Of a stretch of DNA of 34,713 nt, positions 17,856 through 27,127 are shown piece by piece. Both the position numbers and the translations under genes were made by a program. The stretch lies in NCBI GenBank assembly GCA_903864455.1, contig CAIPFW010000233.1, positions 1-34,713 on the forward strand, written 5' to 3'. Numbering within the stretch: position 1 is the first letter of the stretch; each line of letters opens with the position of its first letter. Under the pieces are notes generated by a model that made no database searches, was not told the origin of the DNA, and was given only the letters and a program-made list of their open reading frames with translations. Source of the stretch: an uncultured Anaplasmataceae bacterium. Lineage in GTDB: Bacteria; Pseudomonadota; Alphaproteobacteria; Rickettsiales; CAIPFW01.

Positions 17856-18233
17856 ATGAGTATAGTAATTGCTGAGGTTGTTTTAAATGTAAATAAGCGC
17901 TTGCCTTATAGTTTGACTGGCGTTCGTGGGATAGGTTTGTCCAGAGCTAAGGCGATTTGCAAGGCATTGAATTTTGATGAAATGAAATTTTTGCGCGATC
18001 TTGATGATGCCGAATTGCGTGCATTGAGTGAATATATCAATGAAAATTATAGCGAAGAGATTGGTAGTAATCTTAGAAGAAACGAACAAAAAAGAATTCA
18101 AGAGTTGATGTCATTGGGTAGTTATATTGGTTTGAGGCACAGGAAGAGGTTGCCTGTTCGTGGGCAGAGAACAAGCTCAAATGCAAAAACTCGTAGGGGG
18201 AAAGCTGGTTCAAAAGTTCAGAAAAAAAAGTAA
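17856..18233 (+). CDS. rpsM: 30S ribosomal protein S13
   Basis: LT...GIG...A, Y.GLRH...LPVRGQRT..NAKTR. Confidence 0.98.
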   Translation: MSIVIAEVVLNVNKRLPYSLTGVRGIGLSRAKAICKALNFDEMKFLRDLDDAELRALSEYINENYSEEIGSNLRRNEQKRIQELMSLGSYIGLRHRKRLPVRGQRTSSNAKTRRGKAGSKVQKKK

Positions 18234-18248
18234 TTTAGGGGTTATTAT

Positions 18249-18662
18249 ATGTCAACAGTCCAAAAAAAAGATTTGAATTTAAAAAAAACTAACTTGTTAA
18301 AAAAGCGCAAAACTGTTCCTACGATTGCGAGGGCAGTAGTTTTGACTACTTTTAATAATAATATAATTTCGATTTCTGATTCGGAGGGTAACGTTATTGT
18401 AGCTAGTTCATCTGGTGCACAAGGATTCAAAGGCACGAGAAAAGCTACTCCTTATGCCGCACAAGTTACTGCTTCTGAGGTTGCAAAAATTGCGGTCGAT
18501 TTGGGAGTGCGTTGTGTAAGTGTTATCATCAGAGGCGTTGGTCCAGGAAGAGATTCGGCAGTCTTGGCTCTCAGAAACTCAGGTTTGAAAATTAGCGTAA
18601 TTTCTTTTGACGTAAGGCTGGCTCATAATGGTTGCAGGGCAAGAAAAAGAAGAAGAGTGTAA
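18249..18662 (+). CDS. rpsK: 30S ribosomal protein S11
   Basis: TFNN, GFKG.RK.TPYAAQ, G.GPGRDSA, HNGCR..K.RRV. Confidence 0.98.
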   Translation: MSTVQKKDLNLKKTNLLKKRKTVPTIARAVVLTTFNNNIISISDSEGNVIVASSSGAQGFKGTRKATPYAAQVTASEVAKIAVDLGVRCVSVIIRGVGPGRDSAVLALRNSGLKISVISFDVRLAHNGCRARKRRRV

Positions 18663-18681
18663 AATTTTTTTGGTCAAATTT

Positions 18682-19812
18682 ATGTTTAATGTGGAGCAGG
18701 ATTTATCTCATAGGAACTTGTTGAGAGCAAAATCTATAGATTATATTCATTCATCTGAAGAGATGAATGGTTTGTATAGCTCGGGAACTGTAGTATTATC
18801 GCCTATTTTCAAAGGCCTTGATGTTACAATCGCTCATTCCATGAGGAGAGTATTACTTGGGGCTTCATCTGGTTATGCGATTATAGCTTTTCAGATTGAG
18901 GGCGTCCTTCATGAATTTTCCTATATAAATGGGGTAGTAGAAGATATTTTAACAATTGGATTGAATCTGAAGCAGGTGCGATTGAAGTCTTCTAAAGATG
19001 CAAAAGTTAGTGAGACTATCTCCATAGATTTGAAGGGGCCGTGTGAATTTAAAGCTGGGATGATTGAAGATTTCGCAAATGTAAAAGTTGTAAACAAAGA
19101 TCATGTAATATTTACTATTAATAGCGATATTAATGTATCAATCAAGTTGATTCTTGCGTTTGGATATAATTATGTTCAAGCTGATTCTTTTAAAAAAACT
19201 GGTGTAAAAAGCCCAGGGTTGATATATATTGATGCGCTTTTCAATCCAATTAAAAATGTTTCGTTTAGCTCGGAAGATATTATTGTGAATAGCGAAGATT
19301 ATAAAAAGCTTTATATTTCTATTGAAACTGATGGGACGATAGATTACAGAGATGCTTTGCTAAATGCCGCAAATTTAATGAAGGAGCAGCTTTTCATTCT
19401 ATCGTCGAATGCCCAGCAGACAACATTTTTTGATGATGATTCATCCGATAGTTTAAATATTTTTGATGATGAGATAGGGAAAGACTATTTATTGAGTGCT
19501 TCTGGGGTTCGATATAATATGAATTTATTTAAAAATATTCATGAAATCGAAATGCCGATTAGAGCACATAATGCTTTTGTGAAGGCGAATATTGTATATT
19601 TAGGCGACTTGATAAATATTCCATATAAGGAATTGATTTCAATGTCGAATCTTGGAAGGAAATCTTTGGAGTTGGTATCAAATTGTATTATGAAATATAA
19701 TTTGCGATTTGACATGAACATTTCCCCATGGCCACCAGTAGATTTGCTAAATCTGCGGAAGCAATATGAAGGAAGGATGAATTCTTCGTTGAAGAAAAAA
19801 GTTAATTGGTAA
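18682..19812 (+). CDS. rpoA: DNA-directed RNA polymerase subunit alpha
   Basis: RRVLL, GVLHEFS.I.GV.ED, NLK, IDALFNPI, IETDGTI, CTD R..N...NLGRKSL, WPP. ATG 18682 preferred (GGT motif, no overlap with rpsK). Confidence 0.97.
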   Translation: MFNVEQDLSHRNLLRAKSIDYIHSSEEMNGLYSSGTVVLSPIFKGLDVTIAHSMRRVLLGASSGYAIIAFQIEGVLHEFSYINGVVEDILTIGLNLKQVRLKSSKDAKVSETISIDLKGPCEFKAGMIEDFANVKVVNKDHVIFTINSDINVSIKLILAFGYNYVQADSFKKTGVKSPGLIYIDALFNPIKNVSFSSEDIIVNSEDYKKLYISIETDGTIDYRDALLNAANLMKEQLFILSSNAQQTTFFDDDSSDSLNIFDDEIGKDYLLSASGVRYNMNLFKNIHEIEMPIRAHNAFVKANIVYLGDLINIPYKELISMSNLGRKSLELVSNCIMKYNLRFDMNISPWPPVDLLNLRKQYEGRMNSSLKKKVNW

Positions 19813-19832
19813 AATTTTAATTGGTATAAATT

Positions 19833-20252
19833 ATGAGACACTTAGTTGCTGGTAAAAAATTAAATAGAAATACTTCACATAGAATTTCTTTGATCAGAAA
19901 TATGACTATTTCTTTAGTTCAACATGAGCAAATTATAACAACCTTACCAAAGGCAAAATTTCTGAGACCATTCGCTGAAAAAATTATTACTATCGGTATC
20001 GAATACGCAAAATCAAAAGACGAAAGTAGAAAATTATTTTTACGCAGATTGCTTTTGGCTAGATTGGGTAGCAAAAGTCATAATGCCGTAGAAAAAATTG
20101 TAGCTATTTTATCTGAAAGATACAAAAATAGAAATGGCGGATATACTAGAATATTAAAATATAAACATCGTATCGATAGTACTCAAACAGCAGTGATTGA
20201 GTTTGTTGATAGAGATGTAGAGGCTAGAGGAAGACCATTCTTGAAAAAATAA
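19833..20252 (+). CDS. rplQ: 50S ribosomal protein L17
   Basis: MRH, KLNR..SHR, I.TTLPKAK..R, RNGGYTRI, IEFVD. Confidence 0.98.
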   Translation: MRHLVAGKKLNRNTSHRISLIRNMTISLVQHEQIITTLPKAKFLRPFAEKIITIGIEYAKSKDESRKLFLRRLLLARLGSKSHNAVEKIVAILSERYKNRNGGYTRILKYKHRIDSTQTAVIEFVDRDVEARGRPFLKK

Positions 20253-20329
20253 ATATCGCAAACTGTGAAAATCTAATTCCTCAGGTTTTTATCTTGAGAA
20301 GAACATGAGAAATCTGAAATTATTCAAAA

Positions 20330-21616
20330 CTAATTTGAGATTTCATTTAAAATTTCTTTTATTATCATTTGATGAATTGGCTTTATCTCAAATTTTTGAT
20401 TTTGATTGCTTTGGGAATAAAAATTTTGAATCTTGGATAATGCGGATGTTTCTGTATCGGTGATGAAGATTTTTGTAAATGCGGAATCGTGCATTTTTTC
20501 AACTGCATTTTGTGAAAGAACGGCGTGAGTTGTGAAGCAATATATATCATTCGCTCCGTAACTTTCTTTTAATGCTTTTGCAGAATTGCATAGAGTGCCT
20601 CCCGTATCTAAGATGTCATCAATGATGATGCATGTTTTTCCATCAATTCTTGGGCCTACGATTTCAGTTATTTCTGATTTACCCGGTTCTGGTCTTCTTT
20701 TTGTAATGAAAATAATTTTTCCTTCGTATTCGCTGAGTAAATTAATGAAGGATTTTGTTTGCGCTCCATATATAATGAAAATTGAGAGTAGGTGATTTTT
20801 GATTTCACTCCACAAAATTTTTACTTTTTCAGCGCATCCATGATCTGGAGCAACTAAGACGAGTTTGTTGACAAAAAACTCAAAAATAATTGCTAAGGCG
20901 AATTCGGAAGATTGCGTTCCTATAAATTCTATATCTTCTTCTGATTGCAGTCCGCTAAATAATCGGAAAAAACTCTCGATATGTTTTTTTTGGGACAAAT
21001 CTTCTAAATGGGATAAAATAATTTCTTTAAATACATCGCCAAAAATCTCCAATAAATGTTCTTTTTCAATCATGTTGTGCTTTATGTGATTTTCATCGCA
21101 ATATTTGGCGAGTGCCGTAGAGTGAGGGTCGATTGTGACTAATTTTGTCAATCCGCAAACTTTTAAAGTTTTGATTTTAATTTCTAAGGCCGATGGTTCT
21201 GAAGTTTCGTATTCTTCTTCATCGATAATTTTGATGGCATTGATAGTTCTATCCTGCCTCGCATATCCAAAATTTGTCGCAATTAATATTATTTCGGCGT
21301 TTTTATTCAAATTTCGGCAGGCATTAATGATGCATTCGGTTTCAAAAAAGATAGAATCTACAGATTTATTGATAAATTTATTTTCTGAGATCGACTGAAT
21401 GACGATGAATTTATGGCAACTCTCAAACGAGAATTCCGATTTATCAGCGATTAATTTAATTCGAGTTTCGCCATTATTAAAAGTTGTGATTTCTGTCAAA
21501 TCATGCAAAAAAGACAAACTATCGTTGTGAATATTTAATCTTTGCAAAGTTTCTTTTAATAAATTTTTATTTATTGGGCAGTTACTTCCATTAATTATAA
21601 AAATATTTTTTGTCAT
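20330..21616 (-). CDS. prs: ribose-phosphate pyrophosphokinase, enlarged (428 aa)
   Basis: F.NGE, YARQDR, IDPH, APD.G, KRR, IIIDDILDTGGTL, THAVLS, ITDT. Confidence 0.93.
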   Translation of the reverse strand: MTKNIFIINGSNCPINKNLLKETLQRLNIHNDSLSFLHDLTEITTFNNGETRIKLIADKSEFSFESCHKFIVIQSISENKFINKSVDSIFFETECIINACRNLNKNAEIILIATNFGYARQDRTINAIKIIDEEEYETSEPSALEIKIKTLKVCGLTKLVTIDPHSTALAKYCDENHIKHNMIEKEHLLEIFGDVFKEIILSHLEDLSQKKHIESFFRLFSGLQSEEDIEFIGTQSSEFALAIIFEFFVNKLVLVAPDHGCAEKVKILWSEIKNHLLSIFIIYGAQTKSFINLLSEYEGKIIFITKRRPEPGKSEITEIVGPRIDGKTCIIIDDILDTGGTLCNSAKALKESYGANDIYCFTTHAVLSQNAVEKMHDSAFTKIFITDTETSALSKIQNFYSQSNQNQKFEIKPIHQMIIKEILNEISN

Positions 21617-21784
21617 TGCGTTGAATTTTTTATAAATATATAACTAAATTGTTAACATCATACTATATATTGCGAGATTTCCAAAGAAAAAATATTCAAT
21701 TGATTGAAGATTGCTGTTGATTTGACTAAACTTTTAGTTGCAAAGCATAAAAAAATTATATTTTAATAGAGTGAAATTCGCAAA

Positions 21785-24124
21785 ATGAAGAAAAAGAACT
21801 TGGGGTTTTTAATATTATTGTGTGTTTTTATTTTTTCAGCATTCGAGATTGATGAAAGAATCGAAGATGGGTTCAACTTTTTGATTTATATTTTATTTGG
21901 AGTGCTTTTATTTCTTTTTTTGAAAAAGAACAAAGTAAATCAAGAATTCACGATATTTTTTCAAGATTTCTTTTCATATTCCTCGTTGCTGTATTTCATC
22001 TTGGATAAAAACAATGAGATTCTTTATTTCGACAATCGAAATCATAAAAAAATAAATGAATTTCTTGAACAAACAGATAATTTGAATAAATTATTGGAAT
22101 ATTTAAATTTATCCAAGGAGCACATTGAGATGGTAAATTTATTTTTATCAAAAAATGAAAATTTTGAAATCAGCGCAAATTATGAATTGAAAAACGTTGC
22201 GGAAAATATTATGATGCCATTTTTCAAAATTACAATGATTTATGATGAAAAATCTAAGAATAAAATTTTATTTTTTACTGAGAATGCTAATAAAAATTTA
22301 TTAAAAATTGCAAATTATCACAATCTAGGATTTTTTAAATTAACTTATGAAAAAGATATTTTGGATGAAAACGAAGTCGCAAACAAGATAAGTGATGCTG
22401 ATGAAAAATATATTTTCAGCTTAGTGGAGAAAAACTTTATTCAGCGTAATGAGAAAGATAATCAGAACATGCAAAATCAATTTTTGTATATTCATGAAGA
22501 AAAAAATTATTTGATTTCTATTTTTCAAAGAATTTCTTTTAATTTGTCGGACAAGCGATTTATTTCGAAATACATCATTCTGACTTCTGAGAACAAGGAA
22601 TTGAATTTCTGGAGTTTATTTTTTGCTGAAAATTTTATTCCAATAGGTGAGATGAACCAGAATTTCGAGATTTTAAAGGCGAATAAAAAACTCAAAGAGA
22701 TTCTTCGTTTTTTTAGCGATAAGAATAATAATTTTTTTGATTTTTTTGAGATTCAAAAGGATGACGAACATTCAAATCAATATTTAATTGATGAGTTGAA
22801 GAAAAACAATGCGATGAATCTGGATGTTGTTTTGAAATTTGATTCAAATAGTGAATTTACTTTATTTTTTCAGAGAGCGGGGGATTTGATTTTGATTTAT
22901 GTTATTCAAGGTCAAGCGAATAAAAATCTTGAAATGAATTTTAATCATAGTCAAAAGATGCAAGTGATTGGCAATTTGGCGAGCGGAATCGCTCATGATT
23001 TCAATAATTTGCTGACAGGGATGATAGGTTTTTGTGATTTATTGATGCAAAGGCATGCTTCTGATATGGAATCGACATCAATGTTGATTCATATAAAGCA
23101 AAATATAGTGAGGGCGATAGATTTGATAAAAAAACTTTCAACGTTCTCAAAAAGGCAAAAACTGAAAATTGAGGTGATAGATATTCAAAAAACGATGAGA
23201 AATATCGTCGATTTGTTGAAAAGAATTATTGGAGAGAATATTGAGCTCAATGTAGAATATAAAGAGAGTGATATTCTTCAAACCGAAATTGACCAATCGC
23301 AATTCGAGCAGATTATTATTAATTTGCTTGTGAATAGTCGTGATGCGATAAAGAAAAATGGTCGAATTGATATTCTTATTGATTCTGTTCATATAAAAGA
23401 TTCGCATTATAAAATTCACCCATCGCTTAAAGTTTATTCTGTTGATGGTGAGAAAATTGAGATTGGAGATTATATAATTATTAGAATTTCTGACAATGGA
23501 GACGGTATCGAGGAGTCAAAAGCGAATAATATCTTTGAGCCATTTTATACTACGAAAGAGAGAGGGTCTGGTCTAGGTCTTTCGATGATTTATGGTGCTT
23601 TGAAGCAAGTGAGCGGTTATATTTTTTTCACAACTGAAATTGGAATCGGCTCAACTTTTTATATATTTTTAAAAAAATATAGTGGGGTGATTGAGAGCTC
23701 AGAGAGTGAGGATATGGTACAAATTGACTTTTCGCCAAAATTAAATAAACAACATAGAATTGTGTTGGTTGAGGATGAGAATTCTGTGCGAGAGTTTGTT
23801 ACGCAGGCTTTAAAGAATCTGAATCATGATGTGATTCCATTTGAGTCGAGCGAGGAGGGGTTAGAGTTTTTGAAAAATTATAAGCATGGAGTGGATTTAA
23901 TTATCACCGACGTTATGATGCCAAAAGTGAATGGGTATGATTTTATGAATGAAGTCAAGATAAATAAAAAGTATGAAAAAACAAAATTTTTATTCATTTC
24001 TGGGTATATGGAAAATACAATCCTTCAGAGTTTTGAGAATGGAGACTTGAAATGCGAATTTCTCGCTAAGCCATTCACTTTAAAATCTTTGTTGAAAAAG
24101 GTGGAAGAGATTTTATATCAATAG
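21785..24124 (+). CDS. cckA: membrane-bound hybrid histidine kinase, CckA type
   Basis: Two N-terminal TMs, QKMQ.IG.LASGIAHDFNNLLT...GFCDLL H-box, NL.VN.RDA, DNGDGI, IFEPFYTTK.G.GLGLS, C-terminal receiver (VEDE, DLIITDVMMP, FLAKPF). Confidence 0.88.
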   Translation: MKKKNLGFLILLCVFIFSAFEIDERIEDGFNFLIYILFGVLLFLFLKKNKVNQEFTIFFQDFFSYSSLLYFILDKNNEILYFDNRNHKKINEFLEQTDNLNKLLEYLNLSKEHIEMVNLFLSKNENFEISANYELKNVAENIMMPFFKITMIYDEKSKNKILFFTENANKNLLKIANYHNLGFFKLTYEKDILDENEVANKISDADEKYIFSLVEKNFIQRNEKDNQNMQNQFLYIHEEKNYLISIFQRISFNLSDKRFISKYIILTSENKELNFWSLFFAENFIPIGEMNQNFEILKANKKLKEILRFFSDKNNNFFDFFEIQKDDEHSNQYLIDELKKNNAMNLDVVLKFDSNSEFTLFFQRAGDLILIYVIQGQANKNLEMNFNHSQKMQVIGNLASGIAHDFNNLLTGMIGFCDLLMQRHASDMESTSMLIHIKQNIVRAIDLIKKLSTFSKRQKLKIEVIDIQKTMRNIVDLLKRIIGENIELNVEYKESDILQTEIDQSQFEQIIINLLVNSRDAIKKNGRIDILIDSVHIKDSHYKIHPSLKVYSVDGEKIEIGDYIIIRISDNGDGIEESKANNIFEPFYTTKERGSGLGLSMIYGALKQVSGYIFFTTEIGIGSTFYIFLKKYSGVIESSESEDMVQIDFSPKLNKQHRIVLVEDENSVREFVTQALKNLNHDVIPFESSEEGLEFLKNYKHGVDLIITDVMMPKVNGYDFMNEVKINKKYEKTKFLFISGYMENTILQSFENGDLKCEFLAKPFTLKSLLKKVEEILYQ

Positions 24125-24289
24125 ATGATGAAACTGAGATTGAAGATTCTGAGGTATTTTTTGATTCCGAAGTTTTGTATCCAGAATCTTTTGAATCTAT
24201 TCTTTGAAGCCTTTGTTGCGTCATTTTAATTTTTTTTATTAAATGAAAAGAAAGTATAATATATATTCATAAAAAAAATAAAAAAATCA

Positions 24290-25282
24290 ATGCTTTTGGT
24301 AAAAAAATTTGGCGGGACGTCCGTCGGAGATTTGAATAGAATAAAAAATACAGCACAAATCATAAAGAAATACATCGATAATGGAGATCAGGTTGTTGTT
24401 GTAATCTCAGCTATGGCGGGAGTTACGAATGATATTTATGATCAATGTTCGACAATTCATTCCCAATATCATTCCGAATATGACCAAGCTATGGTTGTTG
24501 GTGAGCAGATTTCTGCATCACTTCTTGCGATGGAGTTGGAAAATCTGGGATGCAAAGCAAAGTCCTATAATTGCTGGAATTTGCCGATTTATGGGGATGG
24601 GAATTATGGTGATGGAGTGATAACAGAGATAAATACTCACCAATTGAAAGATGACCTTGAAAATCAAATTATCCCTGTTATTGCGGGCTTTCAAGCAATC
24701 AAAAAGAATGAGAATCGTGCGATTACTTTGGGGCGAGGTGGCTCTGATTATAGTGCTGTGATGGTTGCAGCGTCGATTCATGCGGATATTTGTTACATTT
24801 ATACTGATGTGAGTGGGGTGTATAATGCTGACCCCAGAATCCTCCCTGAGGCGTCGAAAATTCACGAATTATCTTATGATGAGATTATCGAGATGGCTGA
24901 TGGTGGGGCGAAAGTTTTACAACTCAAGTCTGTAATTGCCGCGAAAAAATACAAAGTATATATGAAAGTACTTTCTAGCTTCAATCCCGACGAGATTGGG
25001 ACGGTCATTGCGAATAATATTTTGTTGAAAAGGGGTGAAAATATCATCACTCTGAACTATAAAAATTGGACTCACGACATCACAAAAATCACAATCTTCG
25101 CACTCTATAGTCCTGAAATCCCAGATTTCGCAAGGATACAAGCTTCATTGATTGAAAAAAAAATAGATGTAGTGGAGGTGAACATTGTTCAAAATAATAA
25201 AGTTGAAATTCTCATCAAAAATGCAAACAAAGAAAATTGTTTGAAAAATTTATTTTTATTATTTTCTACGAAACGCAGTTGA
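24290..25282 (+). CDS. lysC: aspartate kinase with shortened regulatory region (330 aa)
   Basis: KFGGTSV, VVISAM.G.T, GEQ.S, AGFQ, TLGRGGSDYSA, TDV.GVY.ADPR, GAKVL. Confidence 0.95.
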   Translation: MLLVKKFGGTSVGDLNRIKNTAQIIKKYIDNGDQVVVVISAMAGVTNDIYDQCSTIHSQYHSEYDQAMVVGEQISASLLAMELENLGCKAKSYNCWNLPIYGDGNYGDGVITEINTHQLKDDLENQIIPVIAGFQAIKKNENRAITLGRGGSDYSAVMVAASIHADICYIYTDVSGVYNADPRILPEASKIHELSYDEIIEMADGGAKVLQLKSVIAAKKYKVYMKVLSSFNPDEIGTVIANNILLKRGENIITLNYKNWTHDITKITIFALYSPEIPDFARIQASLIEKKIDVVEVNIVQNNKVEILIKNANKENCLKNLFLLFSTKRS

Positions 25283-25334
25283 TATTTGTATTTTTTAATG
25301 TATTATATCTTTAATTCGATAATTTTTTTATAAA

Positions 25335-25646
25335 ATGAATAAAAAAGAAGTGAAAAAAGCTCCTGTGAAACAGCAGTCGAAAGGAGCACCTGTTGCTGGG
25401 AAGGTTGTAAAATCAACGACTGTAGATAAAAAAAAGCGTAGAAATGTTGCTATGCATAAAGTTTTGGTGAAATGCACGAACGGTCAAAGTTTTTATACTT
25501 GGTCGACTTGTGGTAATGATAATAAAGAAGTGACGATTGCATTGTACTCTGACCCTTTTATTCATGAGGCTTGGAACAAAGATCGTACGAAGCGTGTGAT
25601 TCAAAACAACAGTTTCGATAATCGTTACGGAAAAGTAGAATTTTAA
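25335..25646 (+). CDS. rpmE: 50S ribosomal protein L31 with Lys-rich N-terminal extension
   Basis: C-terminal 63 aa (HKVLVKCTNGQSFYTWSTCG...SDPFIHEAW...FDNRYG) follows the alphaproteobacterial L31 pattern H...V..TDG..F.T.ST.G...DP..H.AW...F..RF. Confidence 0.8.
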   Translation: MNKKEVKKAPVKQQSKGAPVAGKVVKSTTVDKKKRRNVAMHKVLVKCTNGQSFYTWSTCGNDNKEVTIALYSDPFIHEAWNKDRTKRVIQNNSFDNRYGKVEF

Positions 25647-25675
25647 TCAATTAATTATAATATAGGAAATAAATT

Positions 25676-26089
25676 ATGAGAACTTTAGCTATTATAAAGC
25701 CAGATGCAACAAGACGAAATATCACAGGAAAAATCAACGGTATGATTGAGAATGCTGGTTTTGTCATCGTTGGACAAAAAAGAATCATGATGTCAAAAGC
25801 TGATGCACAAAGATTTTATGCGGTGCACAGCGCAAGACCATTCTTCGGTGAGTTGGTTGATGGAATGAGTGCGGGTCCAGTTGTAGTGCAAGTTTTGGAA
25901 AAAAATAACGCTGTATCTGATTTTCGCGATTTGATTGGAGCGACGAATCCAGCTGAAGCGAAAGAAGGAACAATTAGAAAAGCTCATGCAATAAGCATTG
26001 GCGAGAATAGTGTTCATGGGTCTGATAGTGAAGAAAATGCAAAAAATGAAATTGCGTTCTTTTTTTCTGAAAGAGAAATAGTATCTTAA
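25676..26089 (+). CDS. ndk: nucleoside diphosphate kinase
   Basis: [34 protein letters not shown]. Confidence 0.99.
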   Translation: MRTLAIIKPDATRRNITGKINGMIENAGFVIVGQKRIMMSKADAQRFYAVHSARPFFGELVDGMSAGPVVVQVLEKNNAVSDFRDLIGATNPAEAKEGTIRKAHAISIGENSVHGSDSEENAKNEIAFFFSEREIVS

Positions 26090-26109
26090 ATATATTTTTT
26101 AGATGAATA

Positions 26110-27069
26110 ATGACTAGAATTGATAACAAAGTTATTACAATTTTTGGTGGCTCTGGCTTCGTAGGTCAATATTTATCTAAATTTCTATCACAGGAGAATG
26201 GTTTTATAGTTAAAATTATCACTCACGATATCGACAAAGCGGAAAAAATAAAAACGCAAGCTCCGATTGGCAAGATCGTGGTTTGCTACTGCAATATTTT
26301 TGATAAATCAAAGCTCGAAGAATGCATCGCTGGGTCGGACATCATTATCAATCTTATTGCAACTTTTAAAGAAAAAGATAAAGATAATTTTACATATTTG
26401 CATTCGCAATTTCCAGAAATTATTTCAACACTTGCGAAAAAACATAATATTGAAAAATTTATTCAACTTTCAAATTTAAATATCGAGAATGTATCAACTT
26501 TATATGCGAAGAGTAGAGTTCTTGGCGACAAAGCGGTTCAAAATTTCAAAAATCATGTCATTTTGCGTTCGAGTTTGATTTATGGCGAGGAGGATAATTT
26601 TATCAATGTTTTATACCGAATTGCAAAAAAATACAAAATATTGCCATTATTGAATAATGGTGCTACTCGATTACAACCTATATATGTAGCTGATTTGTGC
26701 AAAATAATCTGTGAAATATGCAAAGATAGTGAATCGAGGTTTTTTGGTGTTCATAAAGTTGGGGGGCGTGAGATTTTGTCGTTACTTGATATATATAAAA
26801 CTTTTGAAAAACTTCTGAATCATAAAATTCATTTTGTTCCTGTGAACAAAAGTATTTTTGAAGTGTTGACAAGGATATTAAATTTCAAGTTGATGTTTTT
26901 TATAAACAGGCTGTCTTTTGGTTCTTTTGATTGTCCATTTTCTCCAGAGCAGATAAAATTATCAAATAATGACAATATAATTTCGAACGAACAAGAAAAT
27001 CTTTTAAATAAATTCAATCTCAAGACGAATACTTTTTTTGAAAATATATCAAGCTATTTAGTGAATTAG
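26110..27069 (+). CDS. complex I NDUFA9-family / atypical SDR NAD(P)-binding protein
   Basis: TIFGGSGFVG, INLI, S.YA.S...GD.AV, ILR.S.IYG.ED.F, QPIYV.D. Confidence 0.85.
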   Translation: MTRIDNKVITIFGGSGFVGQYLSKFLSQENGFIVKIITHDIDKAEKIKTQAPIGKIVVCYCNIFDKSKLEECIAGSDIIINLIATFKEKDKDNFTYLHSQFPEIISTLAKKHNIEKFIQLSNLNIENVSTLYAKSRVLGDKAVQNFKNHVILRSSLIYGEEDNFINVLYRIAKKYKILPLLNNGATRLQPIYVADLCKIICEICKDSESRFFGVHKVGGREILSLLDIYKTFEKLLNHKIHFVPVNKSIFEVLTRILNFKLMFFINRLSFGSFDCPFSPEQIKLSNNDNIISNEQENLLNKFNLKTNTFFENISSYLVN

Positions 27070-27127
27070 CAAATTATTAATTTTAAAAATATACAATTGG
27101 TGAAATTAATATATATTGTGTATTTTT

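Noticed and set aside
18628..18681. Longer rpoA start (and likewise GTG 13893 for rplF)
   Set aside because: These overlap the upstream genes; downstream ATGs fit family N-termini and the local start context better.
5455..19841. Many 60-150 aa antisense ORFs in the ribosomal cluster and elsewhere
   Set aside because: Shadow frames of real genes, with no recognisable motifs.
20280..20298. Hairpin CTCAGG-TTTTTAT-CTTGAG as terminator between rplQ and prs
   Set aside because: Six-pair stem with a G-U pair and no U tract; too weak to call.
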